This document shows positions 1-13,800 of a stretch of DNA of 64,000 nt, in pieces. Numbering within the stretch: the stretch's first letter is position 1; each line of letters begins with the position of its first letter. A model generated the notes under the pieces. That model was not told where the DNA came from. It saw nothing but the letters and a program-made list of their open reading frames with translations, and ran no database searches. The position numbers and the translations under genes are program-made. This DNA comes from the human T2T-CHM13v2.0 reference genome, Homo sapiens, in the NCBI RefSeq assembly GCF_009914755.1, contig NC_060939.1; one strand, given 5' to 3'.

Positions 1-174
1 ACTCCATTCCATTCTATTACTTTCATTTCCATTCAATTCCATTCCATTTGATTCCATTCCACTCGGTTTCATTCCATTTGAGTCCACTCCATTCCATTCC
101 ATTCCATTCCATTCCATTCAGTTCCATTCCATTCTGTTCCATTCCATTCCGTTCCATTGCATTCCATTCCATTC

Positions 175-1988
175 GGTACCATTCCATATTGTTCCATTCG
201 ATTCCATTCGAATCCATTCCATTCCAGTCCATTCCATTCGATTCCATTCCATTCCTTTCAATTCCATTCCATTCCATTCCATTCCACTTGATTCCACTCC
301 ATTCCCTTCCACTGCATTCCATTCGATTCCATTCCATTGCATTGCATTCCATTCCATTGGACTGCATTCCATTCGATTCCATTCCATTCGAATCAATTAC
401 ATAGCAATCCATTACATTCGAGTCTATTCTATTCCGTTCCATTCGATTTCGTTCCAATCCATTCGATTCCATTCCATTCGATTCCATTCCATACTATTGC
501 ATTCCATTCGATTACATTATATTCGAATAAGTTCCATTCAAGACCATTTCTTTTGAGTCCATTCTATTTGAGTCCATTCCCTTTGATTCCATAACATTTG
601 AGTCCATTCAATTCCATTCCTTTCGTTTCCATTCCATTTGATGCCATTCCATTCAATTCTGTTCTACTCGACTCCAATACATTCAATTCCATTCCATCCG
701 ATTCCATTACATTCTTTTCATTTCTTATCCATTTCAAGCCATTCCACTCCATTCCATTCCACTCGTTTCCTTTCCATTCGAGTCCATTCCTCTCCAGTCC
801 ATTCCGTTCAATCTATTCCATTCCAGTCCATTCCATTCGAGTCCGTTCCATTCCAGTCCATTCCATTCGAGTCAATTCCATCCCATTCGATGTCTTTCCA
901 TAACGATCCATTCCATTCTATTCCTTTCGATTCCATTCCATTCTATTTCATTCCATTCGATTCCCTTCCATTGGACTCCTTTCCATTCGAGTGCATTCCA
1001 TTCCGTTACATTTCTTTCCGTTCTGTACGATTCCTACCGTTCGATTTCATTTTGTTCCAGTCCATTCCTTTCGCGTCCATTCCATTCCATTTCACTCCAT
1101 TCGATTCCATTCCATTTCACTCCATTCGATTCCATTCCACTCGATTCCACTTCGTTCCATTTCATTGCATTCCATTCTATTCAACTCTATTGCCTTCCAT
1201 TCCATTCCATTCGATTACATTCCATGCGATTCCATTCGAAATCGAATCAATTACATTGCAATCCATAACTATTGAGTCCGTTTTATTCCAGTCCACTGCA
1301 TTCTGGTCCATTCCATTTGATTCCATTCCATTCTATTCCATTCCATACAGTTGCATTCCATTGGATTCCATGCTATATCTATAAATTCAATTCGAGACCA
1401 TTGCTTTTGAGTCCATTCTATATGATTCCATTCCATTCAAGTCCATTACATTTGGTTCAATTCCATTCCATTCCATTCCCTTCCATTCCATTCCATTTGA
1501 TATCAATCCATTCGATTCCATTCCATTCGAGCACATTCCATTCGAGTCCATTCCATTCGATGCCATTCCATTTGATTCTATTCCATTAGTCTCCATTCTA
1601 TTCCATTAATCTCCATTCCATTCCATTCTACTCCAACTGATTCCATTCCATTCTATTCCTTTCCATTCCATTTCATTCCATTCCATTCCATTTCATTCCA
1701 TTCCATTCCATTCGTGTCCATTCCACTCCAGTCCATTCCATTCGTGTCCATTCCATTCCAGTCCATTCCATTTGTGTCCACTGCATTCCATTCCACTCCA
1801 TTCCATATTATTCCATTACACTCCATTCCATTCTATTACTTTCATTTCCATTCAATTCCATTCCATTTGATTCCATTCCACTCGGTTTCATTCCATTTGA
1901 GTCCACTCCATTCCATTCCATTCCATTCCATTCAGTTCCATTCCATTCTGTTCCATTCCATTCCGTTCCATTCCATTCCATTCCATTC
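175..1988 (+). repeat. 1.8 kb KpnI monomer, consistent with the chromosome 15 D15Z1 / HSat3A5-type satellite
   Basis: A single GGTACC per unit (175-180, 1989-1994 and so on). A 1.8 kb KpnI Satellite III repeat is the classical definition of D15Z1 on 15p. The chromosome assignment is from recall, not from alignment. Confidence 0.75.
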
Positions 1989-2416
1989 GGTACCATTCCA
2001 TATTGTTCCATTCGATTCCATTCGAATCCATTCCATTCTAGTCCATTCCATTCGATTCCATTCCATTCATTTCAATTCCATTCCATTCCATTCCATTACA
2101 TTCCACTTGATTCCTCTCCATTCCCTTCCACTGCATTCCGTTCGATTCCATTCCATTGCATTGCATTCCATTCCATTGGATTGCATTCCATTCGATTCCA
2201 TTCCATTCGAATCAATTACATAGCAATCCATTGCATTCGAGTCTATTCTATTCCGTTCCATTCGATTTCGTTCCAATCCATTCGATTCCATTCCATTCGA
2301 TTCCATTCCATACTATTGCATTCCATTCGATTACATTATATTCGAATAAGTTCCATTCAAGACCATTTCTTTTGAGTCCATTCTATTTGAGTCCATTCCC
2401 TTTGATTCCATAACAT

Positions 2417-5400
2417 TTGAGTCCATTCAATTCCATTCCTTTCGTTTCCATTCCATTTGATGCCATTCCATTCAATTCTGTTCTACTCGACTCCAATACA
2501 TTCAATTCCATTCCATCCGATTCCATTACATTCTTTTCATTTCTTATCCATTTCAAGCCATTCCTCTCCATTCCATTCCACTCGTTTCCTTTCCATTCGA
2601 GTCCATTCCTCTCCAGTCCATTCCGTTCAATCCATTCCATTCCAGTCCATTCCATTCGAGTCCGTTCCATTCCAGTCCATTCCATTCGAGTCAATTCCAT
2701 TCCATTCGATGTCTTTCCATAACGATCCATTCCATTCTATTCCTTTCGATTCCATTCCATTCTATTTCATTCCATTCGATTCCCTTCCATTGGACTCCTT
2801 TCCATTCGAGTGCATTCCATTCCTTTCCATTTCTTTCCGTTCTGTACGATTCCTACCGTTCGATTTCATTTTGTTCCAGTCCATTCCTTTCGCGTCCATT
2901 CCATTCCATTTCACTCCATTCGATTCCATTCCACTCGATTCCACTTCGTTCCATTTCATTGCATTCCATTCTATTCAACTCTATTGCCTTCCATTCCATT
3001 CCATTCGATTACATTCCATGAGATTCCATTCGAAATCGAATCAATTACATTGCAATCCATTACTATTGAGTCCGTTTTATTCCAGTCCACTGCATTCTGG
3101 TCCATTCCATTTGATTCCATTCCATTCTATTCCATTCCATACAGTTGCATTCCATTGGATTCCATGCTATATCTATAAATTCAATTCGAGACCATTGCTT
3201 TTGAGTCCATTCTATATGATTCCATTCCATTCAAGTCCATTACATTTGGTTCAATTCCATTCCATTCCATTCCCTTCCATTCCATTCCAGTTGATATCAA
3301 TCCATTCGATTCCATTCCATTCGAGCACATTCCATTCGAGTCCATTCCATTCGATGCCATTCCATTTGATTCTATTCCATTAGTCTCCATTCAATTCCAT
3401 TAATCTCCATTCCATTCCATTCTACTCCAACTGATTCCATTTCATTATATTCCTTTCCATTCCATTTCATTCCATTCCATTCCATTTCATTCCATTCCAT
3501 TCCATTCGTGTCCATTCCACTCCAGTCCATTCCATTCGTGTCCATTCCATTCCAGTCCATTCCATTTGTGTCCCCTGCATTCCATTAAACTCCATTCCAT
3601 ATTATTCCATTACACTCCATTCAATTCTATTACTTTCATTTCCATTCAATTCCATTCCATTTGATTCCATTCCACTCGGTTTCATTCCATTTGAGTCCAC
3701 TCCATTCCATTCCATTCCATTCCATTTCATTCAGTTCCATTCCATTCTATTCCATTCCATTCCGTTCCATTACATTCCATTCCATTCGGTACCATTCCAT
3801 ATTGTTCCATTCGATTCCATTCGAATCCATTCCATTCCAGTCCATTCCATTCGATTCCATTCCATTCATTTGAATTCCATTCCATTCCATTCCATTACAT
3901 TCCACTTGATTCCTCTCCATTCCCTTCCACTGCATTCCGTTCGATTCCATTCCATTGCATTGCATTCCATTCCATTGGATTGCATTCCATTCGATTCCAT
4001 TCCATTCGAATCAATTACATAGCAATCCATTACATTCGAGTCTATTCTATTCCGTTCCATTCGATTTCGTTCCAATCCATTCGATTCCATTCCATTCGAT
4101 TCCATTCCATACTATTGCATTCCATTCTATTACATTATATTCGAATAAGTTCCATTCAAGACCATTTCTTTTGAGTCCATTCTATTTGAGTCCATTCCCT
4201 TTGATTCCATAACATTTGAGTCCATTCAATTCCATTCCTTTCGTTTCCATTCCATTTGATGCCATTCCATTCAATTCTGTTCTACTCGACTCCAATACAT
4301 TCAATTCCATTCCATCCGATTCCATTACATTCTTTTCATTTCTTATCCATTTCAAGCCATTCCACTCCATTCCATTCCACTCGTTTCCTTTCCATTCGAG
4401 TCCATTCCTCTCCAGTCCATTCCGTTCAATCCATTCCATTCCAGTCCATTCCATTCGTGTCCGTTCCATTCCAGTCCATTCCATTCGAGTCAATTCCATT
4501 CCATTCGATGTCTTTCCATAACGATCCATTCCATTCTATTCCTTTCGATTCCATTCCATTCTATTTCATTCCATTCGATTCCCTTCCATTGGACTCCTTT
4601 CCATTCGAGTGCATTCCATTCCGTTCCATTTCTTTCCGTTCTGTACGATTCCTACCGTTCGATTTCATTTTGTTCCAGTCCATTCCTTTCGCGTCCATTC
4701 CATTCCATTTCACTCCATTCGATTCCATTCCACTCGATTCCACTTCGTTCCATTTCATTGCATTCCATTCTATTCAACTCTATTGCCTTCCATTCCATTC
4801 CATTCGATTACATTCCATGCGATTCCATTCGAAATCGAATCAATTACATTACAATCCATTACTATTGAGTCCGTTTTATTCCAATCCACTGCATTCTGGT
4901 CCATTCCATTTGATTCCATTCCATTTTATTCCATTCCATACAGTTGCATTCCATTGGATTCCATGCTATATCTATAAATTCAATTCGAGACCATTGCTTT
5001 TGATTCCATTCTATATGTTTCCATTCCATTCAAGTCCATTACATTTGGTTCAATTCCATTCCATTCCATTCCCTTCCATTCCATTCCAGTTGATATCAAT
5101 CCATTCGATTCCATTCCATTCGAGCACATTCCATTCGAGTCCATTCCATTCGATGCCATTCCATTTGATTCTATTCCATTAGTCTCCATTCAATTCCATT
5201 AATCTCCATTCCATTCCATTCTACTCCAACTGATTCCATTCCATTCTATTCCTTTCCATTCCATTTCATTCCATTCCATTCCATTCGCTTCCATTCCATT
5301 CGTGTCCATTCCACTCCAGTCGATTCCATTTGTGTCCACTGCATTCCATTCCACTCCATTCCATATTATTCCATTACACTCCATTCCATTCTATTACTTT

Positions 5401-8400
5401 CATTTCCATTCAATTCCATTCCATTTGATTCCATTCCACTCGGTTTCATTCCATTTGAGTCCACTCCATTCCATTCCATTCCATTCCATTCCATTCAGTT
5501 CCATTCCATTCTGTTCCATTCCATTCCGTTCCACTGCATTCCATTCCATTCGGTACCATTCCATATTGTTCCATTCGATTCCATTCGAATCCATTCCATT
5601 CCAGTCCATTCCATTCGATTCCATTCCATTCATTTCAATTCCATTCCATTCCATTCCATTCCATTCCACTTGATTCCTCTCCATTCCCTTCCACTGCATT
5701 CCGTTCGATTCCATTCCATTGCATTGCATTCCATTCCATTGGATTGCATTCCATTCGATTCCATTCCATTCGAATCAATTACATAGCAATCCATTGCATT
5801 CGAGTCTATTCTATTCCGTTCCATTCGATTTCGTTCCAATCCATTCGATTCCATTCCATTCGATTCCATTCCATACTATTGCATTCCATTCGATTACATT
5901 ATATTCGAATAAGTTCCATTCAAGACCATTTCTTTTGAGTCCATTCTATTTGAGTCCATTCCCTTTGATTCCATAACATTTGAGTCCATTCAATTCCATT
6001 CCTTTCGTTTCCATTCCATTTGATGCCATTCCATTCAATTCTGTTCTACTCGACTCCAATACATTCAATTCCATTCCATCCGATTCCATTACATTCTTTT
6101 CATTTCTTATCCATTTCAAGCCATTCCACTCCATTCCATTCCACTCGTTTCCTTTCCATTCGAGTCCATTCCTCTCCAGTCCATTCCGTTCAATCCATTC
6201 CATTCCAGTCCATTCCATTCGAGTCCGTTCCATTCCAGTCCATTCCATTCGAGTCAATTCCATTCCATTCGATGTCTTTCCATAACGATCCATTCCATTC
6301 TATTCCTTTCGATTCCATTCCATTCTATTTCATTCCATTCGATTCCCTTCCATTGGACTCCTTTCCATTCGAGTGCATTCCATTCCTTTCCATTTCTTTC
6401 CGTTCTGTACGATTCCTACCGTTCGATTTCATTTTGTTCCAGTCCATTCCTTTCGCGTCCATTCCATTCCATTTCACTCCATTCGATTCCATTCCACTCG
6501 ATTCCACTTCGTTCCATTTCATTGCATTCCATTCTATTCAACTCTATTGCCTTCCATTCCATTCCATTCGATTACATTCCATGCGATTCCATTCGAAATC
6601 GAATCAATTACATTACAATCCATTACTATTGAGTCCGTTTTATTCCAATCCACTGCATTCTGGTCCATTCCATTTGATTCCATTCCATTTTATTCCATTC
6701 CATACAGTTGCATTCCATTGGATTCCATGCTATATCTATAAATTCAATTCGAGACCATTGCTTTTGATTCCATTCTATATGTTTCCATTCCATTCAAGTC
6801 CATTACATTTGGTTCAATTCCATTCCATTCCATTCCCTTCCATTCCATTCCAGTTGATATCAATCCATTCGATTCCATTCCATTCGAGCACATTCCATTC
6901 GAGTCCATTCCATTCGATGCCATTCCATTTGATTCTATTCCATTAGTCTCCATTCAATTCCATTAATCTCCATTCCATTCCATTCTACTCCAACTGATTC
7001 CATTCCATTCTATTCCTTTCCATTCCATTTCATTCCATTCCATTCCATTCGCTTCCATTCCATTCGTGTCCATTCCACTCCAGTCGATTCCATTTGTGTC
7101 CACTGCATTCCATTCCACTCCATTCCATATTATTCCATTACACTCCATTCCATTCTATTACTTTCATTTCCATTCAATTCCATTCCATTTGATTCCATTC
7201 CACTCGGTTTCATTCCATTTGAGTCCACTCCATTCCATTCCATTCCATTCCATTCCATTCAGTTCCATTCCATTCTGTTCCATTCCATTCCGTTCCACTG
7301 CATTCCATTCCATTCGGTACCATTCCATATTGTTCCATTCGATTCCATTCGAATCCATTCCATTCCATTCGATTCCATTCCATTCATTTCAATTCCATTC
7401 CATTCCATTCCATTCCATTCCACTTGATTCCTCTCCATTCCCTTCCACTGCATTCCGTTCGATTCCATTCCATTGCATTGCATTCCATTCCATTGGATTG
7501 CATTCCATTCGATTCCATTCCATTCGAATCAATTACATAGCAATCCATTGCATTCGAGTCTATTCTATTCCGTTCCATTCGATTTCGTTCCAATCCATTC
7601 GATTCCATTCCATTCGATTCCATTCCATACTATTGCATTCCATTCGATTACATTATATTCGAATAAGTTCCATTCAAGACCATTTCTTTTGAGTCCATTC
7701 TATTTGAGTCCATTCCCTTTGATTCCATAACATTTGAGTCCATTCAATTCCATTCCTTTCGTTTCCATTCCATTTGATGCCATTCCATTCAATTCTGTTC
7801 TACTCGACTCCAATACATTCAATTCCATTCCATCCGATTCCATTACATTCTTTTCATTTCTTATCCATTTCAAGCCATTCCTCTCCATTCCATTCCACTC
7901 GTTTCCTTTCCATTCGAGTCCATTCCTCTCCAGTCCATTCCGTTCAATCCATTCCATTCCAGTCCATTCCATTCGAGTCCGTTCCATTCCAGTCCATTCC
8001 ATTCGAGTCAATTCCATTCCATTCGATGTCTTTCCATAACGATCCATTCCATTCTATTCCTTTCGATTCCATTCCATTCTATTTCATTCCATTCGATTCC
8101 CTTCCATTGGACTCCTTTCCATTCGAGTGCATTCCATTCCTTTCCATTTCTTTCCGTTCTGTACGATTCCTACCGTTCGATTTCATTTTGTTCCAGTCCA
8201 TTCCTTTCGCGTCCATTCCATTCCATTTCACTCCATTCGATTCCATTCCACTCGATTCCACTTCGTTCCATTTCATTGCATTCCATTCTATTCAACTCTA
8301 TTGCCTTCCATTCCATTCCATTCGATTACATTCCATGAGATTCCATTCGAAATCGAATCAATTACATTGCAATCCATTACTATTGAGTCCGTTTTATTCC

Positions 8401-10700
8401 AGTCCACTGCATTCTGGTCCATTCCATTTGATTCCATTCCATTCTATTCCATTCCATACAGTTGCATTCCATTGGATTCCATGCTATATCTATAAATTCA
8501 ATTCGAGACCATTGCTTTTGAGTCCATTCTATATGATTCCATTCCATTCAAGTCCATTACATTTGGTTCAATTCCATTCCATTCCATTCCCTTCCATTCC
8601 ATTCCAGTTGATATCAATCCATTCGATTCCATTCCATTCGAGCACATTCCATTCGAGTCCATTCCATTCGATGCCATTCCATTTGATTCTATTCCATTAG
8701 TCTCCATTCAATTCCATTAATCTCCATTCCATTCCATTCTACTCCAACTGATTCCATTTCATTATATTCCTTTCCATTCCATTTCATTCCATTCCATTCC
8801 ATTTCATTCCATTCCATTCCATTCGTGTCCATTCCACTCCAGTCCATTCCATTCGTGTCCATTCCATTCCAGTCCATTCCATTTGTGTCCCCTGCATTCC
8901 ATTAAACTCCATTCCATATTATTCCATTACACTCCATTCAATTCTATTACTTTCATTTCCATTCAATTCCATTCCATTTGATTCCATTCCACTCGGTTTC
9001 ATTCCATTTGAGTCCACTCCATTCCATTCCATTCCATTCCATTCCATTCAGTTCCATTCCATTCTATTCCATTCCATTCCGTTCCATTACATTCCATTCC
9101 ATTCGGTACCATTCCATATTGTTCCATTCGATTCCATTCGAATCCATTCCATTCCAGTCCATTCCATTCGATTCCATTCCATTCATTTCAATTCCATTCC
9201 ATTCCATTCCATTACATTCCACTTGATTCCTCTCCATTCCCTTCCACTGCATTCCGTTCGATTCCATTCCATTGCATTGCATTCCATTCCATTGGATTGC
9301 ATTCCATTCGATTCCATTCCATTCGAATCAATTACATAGCAATCCATTACATTCGAGTCTATTCTATTCCGTTCCATTCGATTTCGTTCCAATCCATTCG
9401 ATTCCATTCCATTCGATTCCATTCCATACTATTGCATTCCATTCGATGACATTATATTCGAATAAGTTCCATTCAAGACCATTTCTTTTGAGTCCATTCT
9501 ATTTGAGTCCATTCCCTTTGATTCCATAACATTTGAGTCCATTCAATTCCATTCCTTTCGTTTCCATTCCATTTGATGCCATTCCATTCAATTCTGTTCT
9601 ACTCGACTCCAATACATTCAATTCCATTCCATCCGATTCCATTACATTCTTTTCATTTCTTATCCATTTCAAGCCATTCCACTCCATTCCATTCCACTCG
9701 TTTCCTTTCCATTCGAGTCCATTCCTCTCCAGTCCATTCCGTTCAATCCATTCCATTCCAGTCCATTCCATTCGTGTCCGTTCCATTCCAGTCCATTCCA
9801 TTCGAGTCAATTCCATTCCATTCGATGTCTTTCCATAACGATCCATTCCATTCTATTCCTTTCGATTCCATTCCATTCTATTTCATTCCATTCGATTCCC
9901 TTCCATTGGACTCCTTTCCATTCGAGTGCATTCCATTCCGTTCCATTTCTTTCCGTTCTGTACGATTCCTACCGTTCGATTTCATTTTGTTCCAGTCCAT
10001 TCCTTTCGCGTCCATTCCATTCCATTTCACTCCATTCGATTCCATTCCACTCGATTCCACTTCGTTCCATTTCATTGCATTCCATTCTATTCAACTCTAT
10101 TGCCTTCCATTCCATTCCATTCGATTACATTCCATGCGATTCCATTCGAAATCGAATCAATTACATTACAATCCATTACTATTGAGTCCGTTTTATTCCA
10201 ATCCACTGCATTCTGGTCCATTCCATTTGATTCCATTCCATTTTATTCCATTCCATACAGTTGCATTCCATTGGATTCCATGCTATATCTATAAATTCAA
10301 TTCGAGACCATTGCTTTTGATTCCATTCTATATGTTTCCATTCCATTCAAGTCCATTACATTTGGTTCAATTCCATTCCATTCCATTCCCTTCCATTCCA
10401 TTCCAGTTGATATCAATCCATTCGATTCCATTCCATTCGAGCACATTCCATTCGAGTCCATTCCATTCGATGCCATTCCATTTGATTCTATTCCATTAGT
10501 CTCCATTCAATTCCATTAATCTCCATTCCATTCCATTCTACTCCAACTGATTCCATTCCATTCTATTCCTTTCCATTCCATTTCATTCCATTCCATTCCA
10601 TTCGCTTCCATTCCATTCGTGTCCATTCCACTCCAGTCGATTCCATTTGTGTCCACTGCATTCCATTCCACTCCATTCCATATTATTCCATTACACTCCA
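2417..10700 (+). repeat. Sub-domain 1: units U2-U6 in the order A-B-(A/B)-A-B, with a 5317 bp repeat offset
   Basis: Private variants recur exactly 5317 bp apart: CATGAGATT (3021/8338), ATTAAACTC (3587/8904) and CGTGTCCG (4458/9775). Unit lengths are 1799, 1764, 1754, 1799 and 1759. Confidence 0.9.
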
Positions 10701-10849
10701 TTCCATTCTATTACTTTCATTTCCATTCAATTCCATTCCATTTGATTCCATTCCACTCGGTTTCATTCCATTTGAGTCCACTCCATTCCATTCCATTCCA
10801 TTCCATTCCATTCAGTTCCATTCCATTCTGTTCCATTCCATTCCGTTCC

Positions 10850-13800
10850 ATTGCATTCCATTCCATTCGGTACCATTCCATATTGTTCCATTCGATTCCA
10901 TTCGAATCCATTCCATTCCAGTCCATTCCATTCGATTCCATTCCATTCCTTTCAATTCCATTCCATTCCATTCCATTCCACTTGATTCCACTCCATTCCC
11001 TTCCACTGCATTCCATTCGATTCCATTCCATTGCATTGCATTCCATTCCATTGGATTGCATTCCATTCGATTCCATTCCATTCGAATCAATTACATAGCA
11101 ATCCATTACATTCGAGTCTATTCTATTCCGTTCCATTCGATTTCGTTCCAATCCATTCGATTCCATTCCATTCGATTCCATTCCATACTATTGCATTCCA
11201 TTCGATTACATTATATTCGAATAAGTTCCATTCAAGACCATTTCTTTTGAGTCCATTCTATTTGAGTCCATTCCCTTTGATTCCATAACATTTGAGTCCA
11301 TTCAATTCCATTCCTTTCGTTTCCATTCCATTTGATGCCATTCCATTCAATTCTGTTCTACTCGACTCCAATACATTCAATTCCATTCCATCCGATTCCA
11401 TTACATTCTTTTCATTTCTTATCCATTTCAAGCCATTCCACTCCATTCCATTCCACTCGTTTCCTTTCCATTCGAGTCCATTCCTCTCCAGTCCATTCCG
11501 TTCAATCCATTCCATTCCAGTCCATTCCATTCGAGTCCGTTCCATTCCAGTCCATTCCATTCGAGTCAATTCCATCCCATTCGATGTCTTTCCATAACGA
11601 TCCATTCCATTCTATTCCTTTCGATTCCATTCCATTCTATTTCATTCCATTCGATTCCCTTCCATTGGACTCCTTTCCATTCGAGTGCATTCCATTCCGT
11701 TCCATTTCTTTCCGTTCTGTACGATTCCTACCGTTCGATTTCATTTTGTTCCAGTCCATTCCTTTCGCGTCCATTCCATTCCATTTCACTCCATTCGATT
11801 CCATTTCACTCGATTCCACTTCGTTCCATTTCATTGCATTCCATTCTATTCAACTCTATTGCCTTCCATTCCATTCCATTCGATTACATTCCATGCGATT
11901 CCATTCGAAATCGAATCAATTACATTGCAATCCATTACTATTGAGTCCATTTTATTCCAGTCCACTGCATTCTGGTCCATTCCATTTGATTCCATTCCAT
12001 TCTATTCCATTCCATACAGTTGCATTCCATTGGATTCCATTCTATATCTATAAATTCAATTGGAGACCATTGCTTTTGAGTCCATTCTATATGATTCCAT
12101 TCCATTCAAGTCCATTACATTTGGTTCAATTCCATTCCATTCCATTCCCTTCCATTCCATTCCAGTTGATATCAATCCATTCGATTCCATTCCATTCGAG
12201 CACATTCCATTCGAGTCCATTCCATTCGATGCCATTCCATTTGATTCTATTCCATTAGTCTCCATTCAATTCCATTAATCTCCATTCCATTCCATTCTAC
12301 TCCAACTGATTCCATTCCATTCTATTCCTTTCCATTCCATTTCATTCCATTCCATTCCATTTCATTCCATTCCATTCCATTCGCTTCCATTCCACTCCAG
12401 TCCATTCCATTCGTGTCCATTCCATTCCAGTCCATTCCATTTGTGTCCACTGCATTCCATTCCAGTCCATTCCATATTATTCCATTACACTCCATTCCGT
12501 TCTATTACTTTCATTTCCATTCAATTCCATTCCATTTGATTCCATTCCACTCGGTTTCATTCCATTTGAGTCCACTCCATTCCATTCCATTCCATTCCAT
12601 TCAGTTCCATTCCATTCTGTTCCATTCCATTCCGTTCCATTGCATTCCATTCCATTCGGTACCATTCCATATTGTTCCATTCGATTCCATTCGAATCCAT
12701 TCCATTCCAGTCCATTCCATTCGATTCCATTCCATTCCTTTCAATTCCATTCCATTCCATTCCATTCCACTTGATTCCACTCCATTCCCTTCCACTGCAT
12801 TCCATTCGATTCCATTCCATTGCTTTGCATTCCATTCCATTGGATTGCATTCCATTCGATTCCATTCCATTCGAATCAATTACATAGCAATCCATTACAT
12901 TCGAGTCTATTCTATTCCGTTCCATTCGATTTCGTTCCAATCCATTCGATTCCATTCCATTCGATTCCATTCCATACTATTGCATTCCATTCGATTACAT
13001 TATATTCGAATAAGTTCCATTCAAGACCATTTCTTTTGAGTCCATTCTATTTGAGTCCATTCCCTTTGATTCCATAACATTTGAGTCCATTCAATTCCAT
13101 TCCTTTCGTTTCCATTCCATTTGATGCCATTCCATTCAATTCTGTTCTACTCGACTCCAATACATTCAATTCCATTCCATCCGATTCCATTACATTCTTT
13201 TCATTTCTTGTCCATTTCAAGCCATTCCACTCCATTCCATTCCACTCGTTTCCTTTCCATTCGAGTCCATTCCTCTCCAGTCCATTCCGTTCAATCCATT
13301 CCATTCCAGTCCATTCCATTCGAGTCCGTTCCATTCCAGTCCATTCCATTCGAGTCAATTCCATCCCATTCGATGTCTTTCCATAACGATCCATTCCATT
13401 CTATTCCTTTCGATTCCATTCCATTCTATTTCATTCCATTCGATTCCCTTCCATTGGACTCCTTTCCATTCGAGTGCATTCCATTCCGTTCCATTTCTTT
13501 CCGTTCTGTACGATTCCTACCGTTCGATTTCATTTTGTTCCAGTCCATTCCTTTCGCGTCCATTCCATTCCATTTCACTCCATTCGATTCCATTTCAGTC
13601 GATTCCACTTCGTTCCATTTCATTGCATTCCATTCTATTCAACTCTATTGCCTTCCATTCCATTCCATTCGATTACATTCCATGCGATTCCATTCGAAAT
13701 CGAATCAATTACATTGCAATCCATTACTATTGAGTCCATTTTATTCCAGTCCACTGCATTCTGGTCCATTCCATTTGATTCCATTCCATTCTATTCCATT

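Noticed and set aside
521-535. Heat-shock element (HSF1 site) around TTCGAATAAGTTC
   Set aside because: The spacing does not fit alternating nGAAn/nTTCn units with 2 bp gaps. HSF1-driven SatIII transcription is best established for 9q12 and cannot be inferred here.
1380-1386. TATAAAT TATA-box-like motif once per unit
   Set aside because: It is the diverged counterpart of GAATAAGT in the other half-unit. Initiator-like CCATTCC matches are everywhere in this repeat, so promoter function cannot be supported from sequence.
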